A stretch of 64,000 nt of DNA, taken from positions 1 to 64,000 of IMG/VR virus record IMGVR_UViG_3300033121_001676; one strand, given 5' to 3'. The DNA is from a virus. Its lineage: Duplodnaviria > Caudoviricetes. The notes beneath the pieces are model-generated. The model was not told the DNA's origin, searched no databases, and worked only from the letters and a program-made list of their open reading frames with translations. The position numbers were made by a program, and so were the translations under genes. Every line of letters starts with the position of its first letter. Within the stretch, counting starts at the first letter, position 1. Positions 9,097 to 17,251 of the stretch are shown here, piece by piece.

Positions 9097-9343
9097 TGGC
9101 ACGCGGTTTGCTGCATGGTGGCATGGCACGTTTTTTGCGTCATTGTGCCAATGCGCATTGCCAATGCGCATTGGCAGCATGGAGCGTAAGTGTAGCCTTA
9201 CACGTTTTCAGCGACATGGCACAATCTTTACACTTTCGAGGATCATGGTAACCCTCATGGCGGTTGCGACATTCCATAAGTCATTATGGCACAATGACAT
9301 AAAAAAAGTCGGTCCGAATCCCAACCATGGCACGTTGCGTGCT
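9097..9343 (+). promoter_or_regulatory. cluster of sigma54 (-24/-12)-type sites
   Basis: TGGCACG-CGGT-TTGCT (9097), TGGCACG-TTTT-TTGCG (9124), TGGCACG-TTGC-GTGCT (9328), degenerate TGGCACA-ATCT-TTAC (9217). Confidence 0.65.
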
Positions 9344-9409
9344 ATTCTCCGAAGGTCGAAACCGGCCGCGCGGCTGGTACTGTGCTACTGTCCTACTTGG
9401 AGTTGCATC

Positions 9410-10252
9410 ATGTCACGCAAGAATCGAAACCGCCCGACGCTGAACGTGTCCGATGACATCGAAGTCACCCCGGCCTTGCCGATCATGGACGTCGAGACGA
9501 CGCCGGCCGACGATGCCGCAATCGACGCCATGGCTGACGAGTTCGAGGCAATGGCGGATGAACCCGTTGCCGAAGTCATCCCCGCCATCGAGCCCGTCAT
9601 CGAGCCCGTCATCGAGGACATGCCAGCCATCGTCACGCCGGAGCCCGTCATCGAAGCCGCTCCCGTGGTGGCACCGATCGGCATCATCGCACGTCTCGTC
9701 GCGCTGGCGTCGACCCTCGCCGTGCGCACCGTGCGTGCCGTCTCCGAGGGTGCCATCGTGCCTTCCGCCAGTGCGCTCCTCACGATGCTCCGCTCCGTGA
9801 AGACGACTTCGGCGGGCTGGCATTTCATGCACGCCATGGATGGGCAATACTCGGAGAAGGCGCCTGCCGCAGGCCACCGCTGGCACGTCCGAATCGTCAT
9901 CCTGGACAGCATCGCGCCCGACGCGATCAACAGGCGTCATGTCTGCCAAGGGTATGCCATGGTTGGCGCGTACCTCAACCCCGATGGCACCATCGACTAC
10001 GGGCGCGGCTTCCGATGCAACCCAAACGCCATGGCGCGTGTCACCATCCGTGACGTCGCCAACGCCGAATTGGGCAGCACCGATACCATGTCGCCCGGAT
10101 CGGCCAAGCAATGCGCGGATACGCGCAATGCCAACGTCACAATCGACGTTGGCCCCAACGGTTCCGGTTTGTCTATCACGGGCAATGCGAACCGTGGCGG
10201 CACCTACGCACTGTCGGCCGTCTTCCTGGCCGACGGTACGCGCATTGGGTAG
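9410..10252 (+). CDS. hypothetical protein with acidic Pro/Glu-rich N-terminal half
   Basis: GGAG RBS; strong GC3 bias; IEPV repeats. Confidence 0.75.
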   Translation: MSRKNRNRPTLNVSDDIEVTPALPIMDVETTPADDAAIDAMADEFEAMADEPVAEVIPAIEPVIEPVIEDMPAIVTPEPVIEAAPVVAPIGIIARLVALASTLAVRTVRAVSEGAIVPSASALLTMLRSVKTTSAGWHFMHAMDGQYSEKAPAAGHRWHVRIVILDSIAPDAINRRHVCQGYAMVGAYLNPDGTIDYGRGFRCNPNAMARVTIRDVANAELGSTDTMSPGSAKQCADTRNANVTIDVGPNGSGLSITGNANRGGTYALSAVFLADGTRIG

Positions 10253-10311
10253 GTCGAAACACACACGGGCAACCGTGTGTGTAGTGGCGTTATGCGCCAC
10301 CTGACGAGACC
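10252..10311 (+). ncRNA. type II hammerhead ribozyme
   Basis: GGTC-GAAA-[CACACACGG gcaa CCGTGTGTG]-TA-[GTGGCGT tat GCGCCAC]-CTGACGA-GACC: full catalytic core with three stems; predicted cleavage after GUA at 10283. Confidence 0.88.
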
Positions 10312-10315
10312 AACA

Positions 10316-10558
10316 ATGACATCCTTCTACTTCGATGACTACCAGCCCTTGCCTTGCGCGCCGGACGCCAGCATGGCACGCAATGACATCTACCATTGCA
10401 TTGGCATACTGCGGCGAATAGGCGTGCGCCACGTCACAGTAGAAGTCTATATCGGCGAAGCAATGCGTTGCGTCTCCAATGCGCAATTGACTGACGCGGC
10501 ACGTTGGATAGTTAAGGCTGGCAATGCCAATGCTGCCTATGGTGCAATGATCCATTGA
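10316..10558 (+). CDS. hypothetical protein
   Basis: ATG 4 nt after the ribozyme; 80 aa. Confidence 0.55.
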   Translation: MTSFYFDDYQPLPCAPDASMARNDIYHCIGILRRIGVRHVTVEVYIGEAMRCVSNAQLTDAARWIVKAGNANAAYGAMIH

Positions 10559-10932
10559 CGTGTCAATGCGCATTGGCGCAATGACGATTGGCGCATTGGC
10601 GGTTGCCAATGGCGGTTGACCCCACCCCCCCGTGGGGTAAATAACGTTGCCGACCACGCCTCCATCATTCAACTTTTTTACCATCGAAACCCTTTTTTGA
10701 AATCAATCATCTCTTCAAGCAAAATCTCTCATCAAGTATCATCTCTCTCATCAAGTATCTATCTACTATAGTAAATCATCTCTCTTCAATCCCGGTACTA
10801 TCCCTGACTGTTCTCAGTTTTCAACTGACATTTCATTCTCAGTTTTCAAAATCTATCCCTGCTATATATGTTAGCAAACCTATCTAAAATTCACTTTCTA
10901 TCATTCAACTTGTTTTTTTTCTCAAACCCTTT

Positions 10933-10959
10933 TTGTTCTAAAACACAGTATGGTATAAT
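10933..10959 (+). promoter_or_regulatory. promoter TTGTTC-N15-TATAAT (TGG extended -10) upstream of the Zn-finger gene and the array
   Basis: Consensus -10 with the same geometry as the early promoters. Confidence 0.7.
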
Positions 10960-10989
10960 GGCAAAGTAAAGCCATAGCAGGAGCAAGGT

Positions 10990-11337
10990 ATGCCTGAAGA
11001 AATCGTCAACGTATCAACTGTTCGTAAGTGCAATGTTTGTGGTACAACACAAACAACTCGGTGGAATAGGGGTTTGTGTTCACGCTGTTATCAGCAAGCA
11101 AAGAATCGTGTTGATAGGGGAATTGTGAGTTGGGAAGAGCTTGTATCAATGGGTATTGTTTCAGGTGAAAAGAAGTATTCAAGGACTGGTAGTAAGCTTG
11201 ATGAGCTTATTGCAATGAAGCGTGGTGGGAGTCAATCAGTCAACGCAACTCAACCACCTATTGTGAAAGTAGGTGGCACACCAATCATCGGTGTCGGAGA
11301 TGATCTTCCTGATATTGATGTTGGTAATGAAGACTAA
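10990..11337 (+). CDS. small Zn-finger protein (CxxC...RGLCxxCY)
   Basis: AGGAG RBS; CNVC and CSRC; directly precedes the array. Confidence 0.75.
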   Translation: MPEEIVNVSTVRKCNVCGTTQTTRWNRGLCSRCYQQAKNRVDRGIVSWEELVSMGIVSGEKKYSRTGSKLDELIAMKRGGSQSVNATQPPIVKVGGTPIIGVGDDLPDIDVGNED

Positions 11338-11364
11338 CAATGGGATAGTGAAACTAACAAGGGG

Positions 11365-13419
11365 ATAAATCAACTGACAAATAGTGATTGAGTGCTATAC
11401 TGCCAAAGAATCAATGACGTCTAAGCGGGCAATGGCGCAATGAATCAACCACAACTGATCGAAGATCATTTATAGGATCAAAGACCATTTATAGGATCAA
11501 TCAACATGACGAAGTGTCCTTGAGACGAATAATGTCATTTGTTGAAGTGTCCTTGAGATGAATGAAGCAAAACAATCGAGTGTCAACATATTGAATGAAT
11601 CAACCGAAGCAAGTGATCATAATTAGAATGAAGCAAAAGTTACAAGTGAAGTTAGATAGCTAATAAACCTCCTCTCCTGAATGAATAAGTACCGGATAGA
11701 TCAAGTTGACGGGAATGTCAAGCCAGAGCACAAATCAAAGAAAACAAGTGACAAAACAAGACATGAATCAAATTCCTCAAGTGATTTGCATAGACGAAAA
11801 ATCAAGTATGATCAATGTGCCTGAACCTTTATGGATCATCAAGTGCAAGTGGCAATTACCCATATAAAATACGGTAAGTGAGTGGTTTTGAGGAGTATAA
11901 ATCAAGTCAACCGAGTGGTAAACGGAAATATCAATCAAGCAGATAAGAGTGAAAAATATATACATAAATCAACTCATGCGAGCGGCAAATACTTCAATGA
12001 ATTAAGCGATGCAAGTGGCAAACAAACTAATAAATCAAAGAAAGCGAGTGAGCAACCGGAGCATGAATCAAGATAATTAAGTGGCTATCACAAGGATAAA
12101 TCAAATGTTGGCAGTGACAATACGATGTATAAATCAAAGAACGGGCAGTGATCTTTGAAAGGATCAATCAAATGGTCGCAGTGGTAAGATTGGAGATAAA
12201 TCAAAGTCAGTGTAGCGTCATTACTGACCATAAACCAACGTGATGAAGTGGCAAAATCGCATATCAATCATTGCAACGAGAGTGATTGGTCAAGTCATAA
12301 ATCAAGTCATGTCGAATGAAGCCATTTGTTCAATGAATCAAACAGGGTTAGTGTTCAATGTAGAAATAAACCAATGAGGCATGACAATGGTTCACAAGCC
12401 ACAGATCAAGATCATCGAACGATCATGACAATTATGAATCAAACAAGCGGAATGACCTGATCGCCCATAAATCAATCAGTGAAGTGATCAATGATCATTA
12501 TAAGCCAAAGGGAAGTAATGTTTCGTCAGACTCATAAATCAAAGAAGAGCAAAGATTGATGGGGAAATAAAGCAAAACAAGAAATGATTTGCATGGCTAT
12601 AAATCAAAGTCCATAAGTGTTCATCTCAAAAATAAACCAAGCTCATTGAAGGTCCATGATGGGTATGAATCAACTTTCGAAGTGGTTAATCAACACATAA
12701 ACAATCATTTGGAAACGATCATTGCCGTCATAAATCAAAAATGTGGTATGTCCTTAGAGCTGTTAAATCAATTCAAAAAAGTGTTACGAAAACAAATAGA
12801 TCAAGTAGGTTGAATGTCTTATGGGTTAGATCAATCAATCAGGCACAGTGATTATTGTAGCCATAAATCAAGTAAGTTCAGTGGCTGAATTCTGAATAAA
12901 CCAAGACGGAATAGTGTTCATAACAGTAATGAATCAACGGTCTGGAAGCGCGCAATGTAGGCATAGATCGATGTACTGAATGACTTCTGAGTCCCATAAA
13001 TCAAAGAGCAGAAGTGGCAACAGTCGATATAAACCAAAAGATTTTGAGTGATTCAATCAAGTATAAATCAAGACCATGCAAATGAATACCGAGTATAAGG
13101 AATCAAAGCCCCTAAGTGGCAATATCCCAAACAAACCAATAAGATTGAGTGTTCATCGTATGTATGAATCAACCGAAATAAGTGTCGATCCAAAGCATAA
13201 ATCAATCCTACTTAGTGTCCGCCTATAGGATGAATCAAATAAGGTGAGTGCTCTAAGAAAACATATAGATCACTGGAGATGAGTGGTTAAGGTAAGTTTG
13301 GATCAACTTGTTCATAGCGATCATTGAACTCATAAAGCAACTCCAAGAGTGCATTAAGCAAGTAATAAATCAATGCGTGAAAGTGACAATACCACTGAAA
13401 AGCCTAAACTGACCAAGTG
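11365..13419 (+). repeat. TIGR-like tandem interspaced guide RNA array, about 60 units of about 33 nt
   Basis: Unit = AT(A/G)AATCA + ~9 variable nt + AGTG(N3, often NCA) + ~9 variable nt; unit starts at 11897, 11964, 11997, 12030, 12063; no credible ORF. Confidence 0.85.
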
Positions 13420-13424
13420 TCTGC

Positions 13425-13452
13425 TTGTTCTCAAACAACGTTAAGGTATAAT
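13425..13452 (+). promoter_or_regulatory. promoter TTGTTC-N16-TATAAT for the helicase
   Basis: Lies immediately after the last array unit. Confidence 0.6.
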
Positions 13453-13462
13453 GCAATTGCCA

Positions 13463-14566
13463 ATGCAACAAATTGATCAAACAGCCAATGTCACACTTTC
13501 CGATGATCAACTTGCTGCTGAGCATTTGATCAAGGAATGGATTGCCAATAAGAAGAGGAAGGAGTTTGTTTTAGGAGGACTTGCTGGTACTGGCAAAACA
13601 ACATTGATCCGCCATCTTGTTAAGAACTATGAGATTGGTGGTGTCCTGGCACTTGCCGGCAAGGCAGTAAAGGTACTAAAAGATAAGGGGGTCAACGCCC
13701 AAACAATACATTCAGCAATTTACGAATATGCAGGTTTAGATGACAATGGTGAACCAATTTTTGACACGATTGCAAAGAATGTATTTAGAAAAGGAATGGT
13801 TGTTATTGTTGATGAATCATCAATGGTCAATTTGCAAGTTGCGAATGAATTGAGAAGACATGCGAGCAAGATACTTTGGTTTGGTGATCACGGTCAGCTT
13901 GAACCAATCGGTGATGACCCTGAAATTATGACCAGATGCGATTACAGACTTGAAACAATTCACAGGCAAGCACAGGAATCAAGAATACTCAATGTTGCAT
14001 ATGACATTCGTACAGGTTTGAAATCATTTACTCAAATGGAAAGTGGTGGGGAGGTGGTATTTAGTTCCCAGACCAATTATGAACAAATTGCTGAAATGCA
14101 ACTTGACAATGATGTTGTTATTGTTGGGTTTAATGATTTGAGAAACAGAATTAATCTAAAGGCTCGTGAAATTGCAAAGAGAGCAGAAAAACTTTGTATT
14201 GGTGAACAGATTATTTGTTTGAAGAACAACTATAGAAGAGGAATTTATAATGGCGGGATTTACACTGTTACTGATATTTTCAAGATGAATGGTGATTGTA
14301 TTGAAGCGAACATAACTGACACTGACAAGGAGTATTATGTTCAAATATACACACCTTGTCTTGGCGTTGGAAAGAAATCTGATGATCCTAATTGTGCTTT
14401 TGATTTCTTTGATTATGCAACTGCAATAACGTGTCATAAGGCGCAAGGTTCTGAATGGGATCGTGTTTTGCTTGTTGATCCTGGTGATTTTTCAAAGTGG
14501 AATATGAACAGGTGGCGCTATACAGCCGTGACAAGAGCAAAGAAGCTCCTGCATATCGTGAGGTAA
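13463..14566 (+). CDS. RecD/Dda-like SF1B ATP-dependent DNA helicase
   Basis: GLAGTGKT, VDESSM, FGDHGQL, HRQA, TCHKAQGSEW, YTAVTRAK; ATG 13451 overlaps the -10 box, so 13463 is preferred. Confidence 0.92.
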   Translation: MQQIDQTANVTLSDDQLAAEHLIKEWIANKKRKEFVLGGLAGTGKTTLIRHLVKNYEIGGVLALAGKAVKVLKDKGVNAQTIHSAIYEYAGLDDNGEPIFDTIAKNVFRKGMVVIVDESSMVNLQVANELRRHASKILWFGDHGQLEPIGDDPEIMTRCDYRLETIHRQAQESRILNVAYDIRTGLKSFTQMESGGEVVFSSQTNYEQIAEMQLDNDVVIVGFNDLRNRINLKAREIAKRAEKLCIGEQIICLKNNYRRGIYNGGIYTVTDIFKMNGDCIEANITDTDKEYYVQIYTPCLGVGKKSDDPNCAFDFFDYATAITCHKAQGSEWDRVLLVDPGDFSKWNMNRWRYTAVTRAKKLLHIVR

Positions 14567-14756
14567 AAAATGTTTGAATGGCTCTATAACAAATTGAGTG
14601 TTGATGGACTCTATAGCCGTGAAGAAATCAAAGGTTTGATTGTAAGTGTCATCTTCCTTTGCAGTTATCTTACTTGCCTTATTTGGCTCGTTCACGGCAT
14701 GATCCAAAAACTCTGTTCCTGAGTAAGTTGTGAAAAATGAAAAAGAAGAACGTAAC

Positions 14757-14945
14757 ATGAAAGAGCATTTTTACGGCTCCAGAATTATTAATGAACGATA
14801 CTATGCAATCGTTTACCACTGGTCTTCAAAAGGCAAACAGAAGGTAGATTATAGGTGTGAAAATGGATGCCAAACACAGTCTGAAGCAGAAAATGTAGCA
14901 CAGGATTGGTGTTTCAAAAACAAAATCATTGCCGTTTGTGAGTGA
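14757..14945 (+). CDS. hypothetical protein
   Basis: Small ORF within the operon. Confidence 0.45.
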   Translation: MKEHFYGSRIINERYYAIVYHWSSKGKQKVDYRCENGCQTQSEAENVAQDWCFKNKIIAVCE

Positions 14946-15000
14946 ATTTCCGACCTTCACTATGTAGTGTTGGTCTTTCTCGCGTTAAGGAGATCTACAA

Positions 15001-15435
15001 GTGCTTAAGACATTTTGTGCGATCCTGCTCCTTGGAGCAATCCTCACGGTTCCGGCTTTCGGGATCGACATCCATATCCCATTTCATCGGACTCCAATCC
15101 TCACAACTCCTGGAATCGTAAGCGTCTTTGACGTTACCGATCAGCAGTTTGTCAATTGGTGTGCTGACGGACTCACGTGGGGTCATACCTACGATCTGGA
15201 GCTTGACGTTCCCGAAGATGATTCTGGACAAACAGTTTCTGTGGATGTGTTCTTCGATTCAAACCCGATCGGTCCTGTGAAGGTCTATGTCACGGGAAGG
15301 CCCTTGTTTGTGTATCGTGTTGATTTGGAAGAAGCAGGTCTTGCTGTATTCCCTCTTCCACCAGGGACGCCTTTCAAGATCCGTGTTTCCACAACGTGGT
15401 GGGGGTCTACGACAGATATTCAACTCCATTACTAA
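15001..15435 (+). CDS. exported protein with Sec signal peptide
   Basis: AAGGAG RBS; MLKTFCAILLLGAILTVPAFG signal; beta-rich mature part. Confidence 0.7.
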   Translation: MLKTFCAILLLGAILTVPAFGIDIHIPFHRTPILTTPGIVSVFDVTDQQFVNWCADGLTWGHTYDLELDVPEDDSGQTVSVDVFFDSNPIGPVKVYVTGRPLFVYRVDLEEAGLAVFPLPPGTPFKIRVSTTWWGSTTDIQLHY

Positions 15436-15449
15436 TTTCGTAATACTTG

Positions 15450-15475
15450 ACGTCCGGCTTTCCGGACGTTATTTT
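15450..15475 (+). terminator. intrinsic terminator-like hairpin
   Basis: ACGTCCGG-CTTT-CCGGACGT followed by TATTTT. Confidence 0.65.
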
Positions 15476-15548
15476 AGACCCTTAGCTCAATTGGTAGAGC
15501 AAATGGACAGAAAGTCTATTGATGTTGGTTCAAGTCCAGCAGGGTCTA
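15476..15548 (+). tRNA. atypical tRNA (Phe GAA-like, possibly pseudo-tRNA)
   Basis: Acceptor AGACCCT/AGGGTCT with normal D and T arms; anticodon loop CAGAAAG lacks U33. Confidence 0.65.
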
Positions 15549-15587
15549 TTTTGCGGAAATTGGTCCGCAACATTCAAGGCACCAACA

Positions 15588-15977
15588 ATGAAGTTTTTGA
15601 TCGCAATTCTTGCTTTTTTCGTTCTCATCGTGCCAGCATCTGCGCAGGCGACTGGGTTTGATTGGATTTGTGACGAGACTGCTGGCATCGCGACGACTCC
15701 CGAGGCGACGCTCCTCGTCGAGGGTCACGTCTACTCGTGCCATACCAGCTTCCCGGTCAACCATCTCCGTCAGGTGTGGTACGACAACTCGAACTGGCCC
15801 CTCTTTCAGCAGGGAGTCACGCTCCTGATGATCCTGGAGGACTACCAGACGATCCGGTTCCAGGTCGCGCCGACTGGCGTCGGACCGATTATCGCAACCT
15901 GGACGAAGCTTGATTTCTGGTGGGGTGACGACTCCGGAGATGGTGTGAGCCACACACAGTTCGCTGGATGGCTCTGA
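15588..15977 (+). CDS. exported protein with Sec signal peptide
   Basis: MKFLIAILAFFVLIVPASA signal (AxA cleavage site); GC-richer than its flanks. Confidence 0.7.
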   Translation: MKFLIAILAFFVLIVPASAQATGFDWICDETAGIATTPEATLLVEGHVYSCHTSFPVNHLRQVWYDNSNWPLFQQGVTLLMILEDYQTIRFQVAPTGVGPIIATWTKLDFWWGDDSGDGVSHTQFAGWL

Positions 15978-16018
15978 TCGAAAGGCACTCCCTCCGTGTC
16001 GTGGAGGGTTTTCGTAAC

Positions 16019-16091
16019 GCACTCGTAACTCAGTTGGTAGAGTGCCAGCTTGCCAAGTTGGCTGTCGTGGGTTCAAGTCCCACCGAGTGCT
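16019..16091 (+). tRNA. tRNA-Gly(GCC)
   Basis: GCACTCG/CGAGTGC acceptor, loop TTGCCAA, U73. Confidence 0.92.
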
Positions 16092-16108
16092 TTAAGGAGC
16101 AGATTAAA

Positions 16109-16627
16109 ATGAGTCTTTCTAAACATGGTATCAGTAAAGCAATTACACTTGCATCAGATGCTCATTCAAATCAATTTGATAAACAAGGTGAGCCATATAT
16201 CCTTCATCCGATTCGTGTAATGATGAAATTTGAGGATTCAATTCACAGAATTGCTGCTGTTCTTCATGATGTTGTTGAAGACACTTCTGTATCTATTACG
16301 TTGATAAATCAAAGATTTGGTTCAGAAGTTTCAGATATTGTTGACCTTTTGACTCGAAGAAAAGATGAAAAATACGAGAAGTATATCCTGAGAATTTCTC
16401 AACATCTTATAGCTTCAAGAATCAAAATCGCTGATCTTGAAGATAATATGGATTTGAAAAGATGGAAGTTTGGGAAGAAAGTGACAAATGAAAATTTTGC
16501 AATGATGAAGAGATATTTGAAAGCACATGCTTTTTTGAAGCAGAATATTGAAAATGAAGAACTTGCAAGAATTGAGATTGCAAACATACAGAAAAAAGTA
16601 TTGTCTGTAACAGGTTCAATTTGTTAA
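16109..16627 (+). CDS. HD-domain hydrolase, (p)ppGpp hydrolase/Mesh1-like
   Basis: AH..Q.DK.GEPYILHP.RV, AAVLHDVVEDT, KIADLEDN; AAGGAG RBS. Confidence 0.85.
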   Translation: MSLSKHGISKAITLASDAHSNQFDKQGEPYILHPIRVMMKFEDSIHRIAAVLHDVVEDTSVSITLINQRFGSEVSDIVDLLTRRKDEKYEKYILRISQHLIASRIKIADLEDNMDLKRWKFGKKVTNENFAMMKRYLKAHAFLKQNIENEELARIEIANIQKKVLSVTGSIC

Positions 16628-16656
16628 AGATGTTCTAGAGAATCGTTTAACACAAA

Positions 16657-16729
16657 GGGCCAATAGCTCAATTGGTAGAGCATCGCTTTTGCAAGGCGAG
16701 GGTAATGGGTTCGAATCCCATTTGGTCCA
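16657..16729 (+). tRNA. tRNA-Ala(TGC)
   Basis: GGGCCAA/TTGGTCC with G3:U70, loop TTTGCAA. Confidence 0.93.
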
Positions 16730-16942
16730 TAAATGAAAACACATAATTCAAAGAGTATTTGGTACTGGTTGAATTCACAAGGATGCTTTGAGTATTCTTG
16801 GCCTGCAATGACAAAAAATCAACTTATTTCAATTGCAAAAAGCAGGAAATGGGTCGGCAAACCTATTGAATTCATTGCCAATTTTACATAATCTACTTTT
16901 TTCTAACCTGTGTTTTGGTATAATTTTGTGGCAGGTAATTAT

Positions 16943-17251
16943 ATGAGCACAAAACCAACAGTCAACATTACTGAAGATGAATTTGATATTCTTGCAATCA
17001 ATGCAGTGAGATATTGCCTCGGTAAAAGCAGATTCATTGTTGAAGAGCAGATTGAAGTTATCAAAAAATATTCTACAAAATTGAGCAAAATTGCAATTGA
17101 CACAATTGTAAGAGATATTGAAAATTCTCCTCATGGGTATAATACAGAGAAGGACAGGTGGGATTCATTCAAGAATCATCTTACAAAAAAGCGTGATTGT
17201 GAAAACAAGCCTTTTTTGGATATGATCGAAAAGATTAAGGCGATAGCATGA
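16943..17251 (+). CDS. hypothetical phage protein
   Basis: AVRYCLG motif; TGGTATAAT promoter at 16916-16924. Confidence 0.65.
   Translation: MSTKPTVNITEDEFDILAINAVRYCLGKSRFIVEEQIEVIKKYSTKLSKIAIDTIVRDIENSPHGYNTEKDRWDSFKNHLTKKRDCENKPFLDMIEKIKAIA

Noticed and set aside
9385-10684. Long minus-strand ORFs (423 aa, 181 aa) and the upstream extension to 9143
   Set aside because: These are shadows of a GC3-biased plus-strand gene; the RBS supports a start at 9410.
11777-12813. ORFs 11777-11965, 11882-12076 and 12589-12813, or an 11-aa repeat protein
   Set aside because: Unit lengths vary from 32 to 36 nt and break frame, stops are frequent and there is no RBS; these are chance ORFs within the array.
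11365-13419. CRISPR array
   Set aside because: The conserved parts are only 8 and 4-7 nt, alternate as two types and are degenerate; the variable parts are about 9 nt; no cas genes are present.
15968-16108. N-terminal extension of the HD protein
   Set aside because: It overlaps tRNA-Gly and a terminator-like hairpin; the RBS supports ATG 16109.
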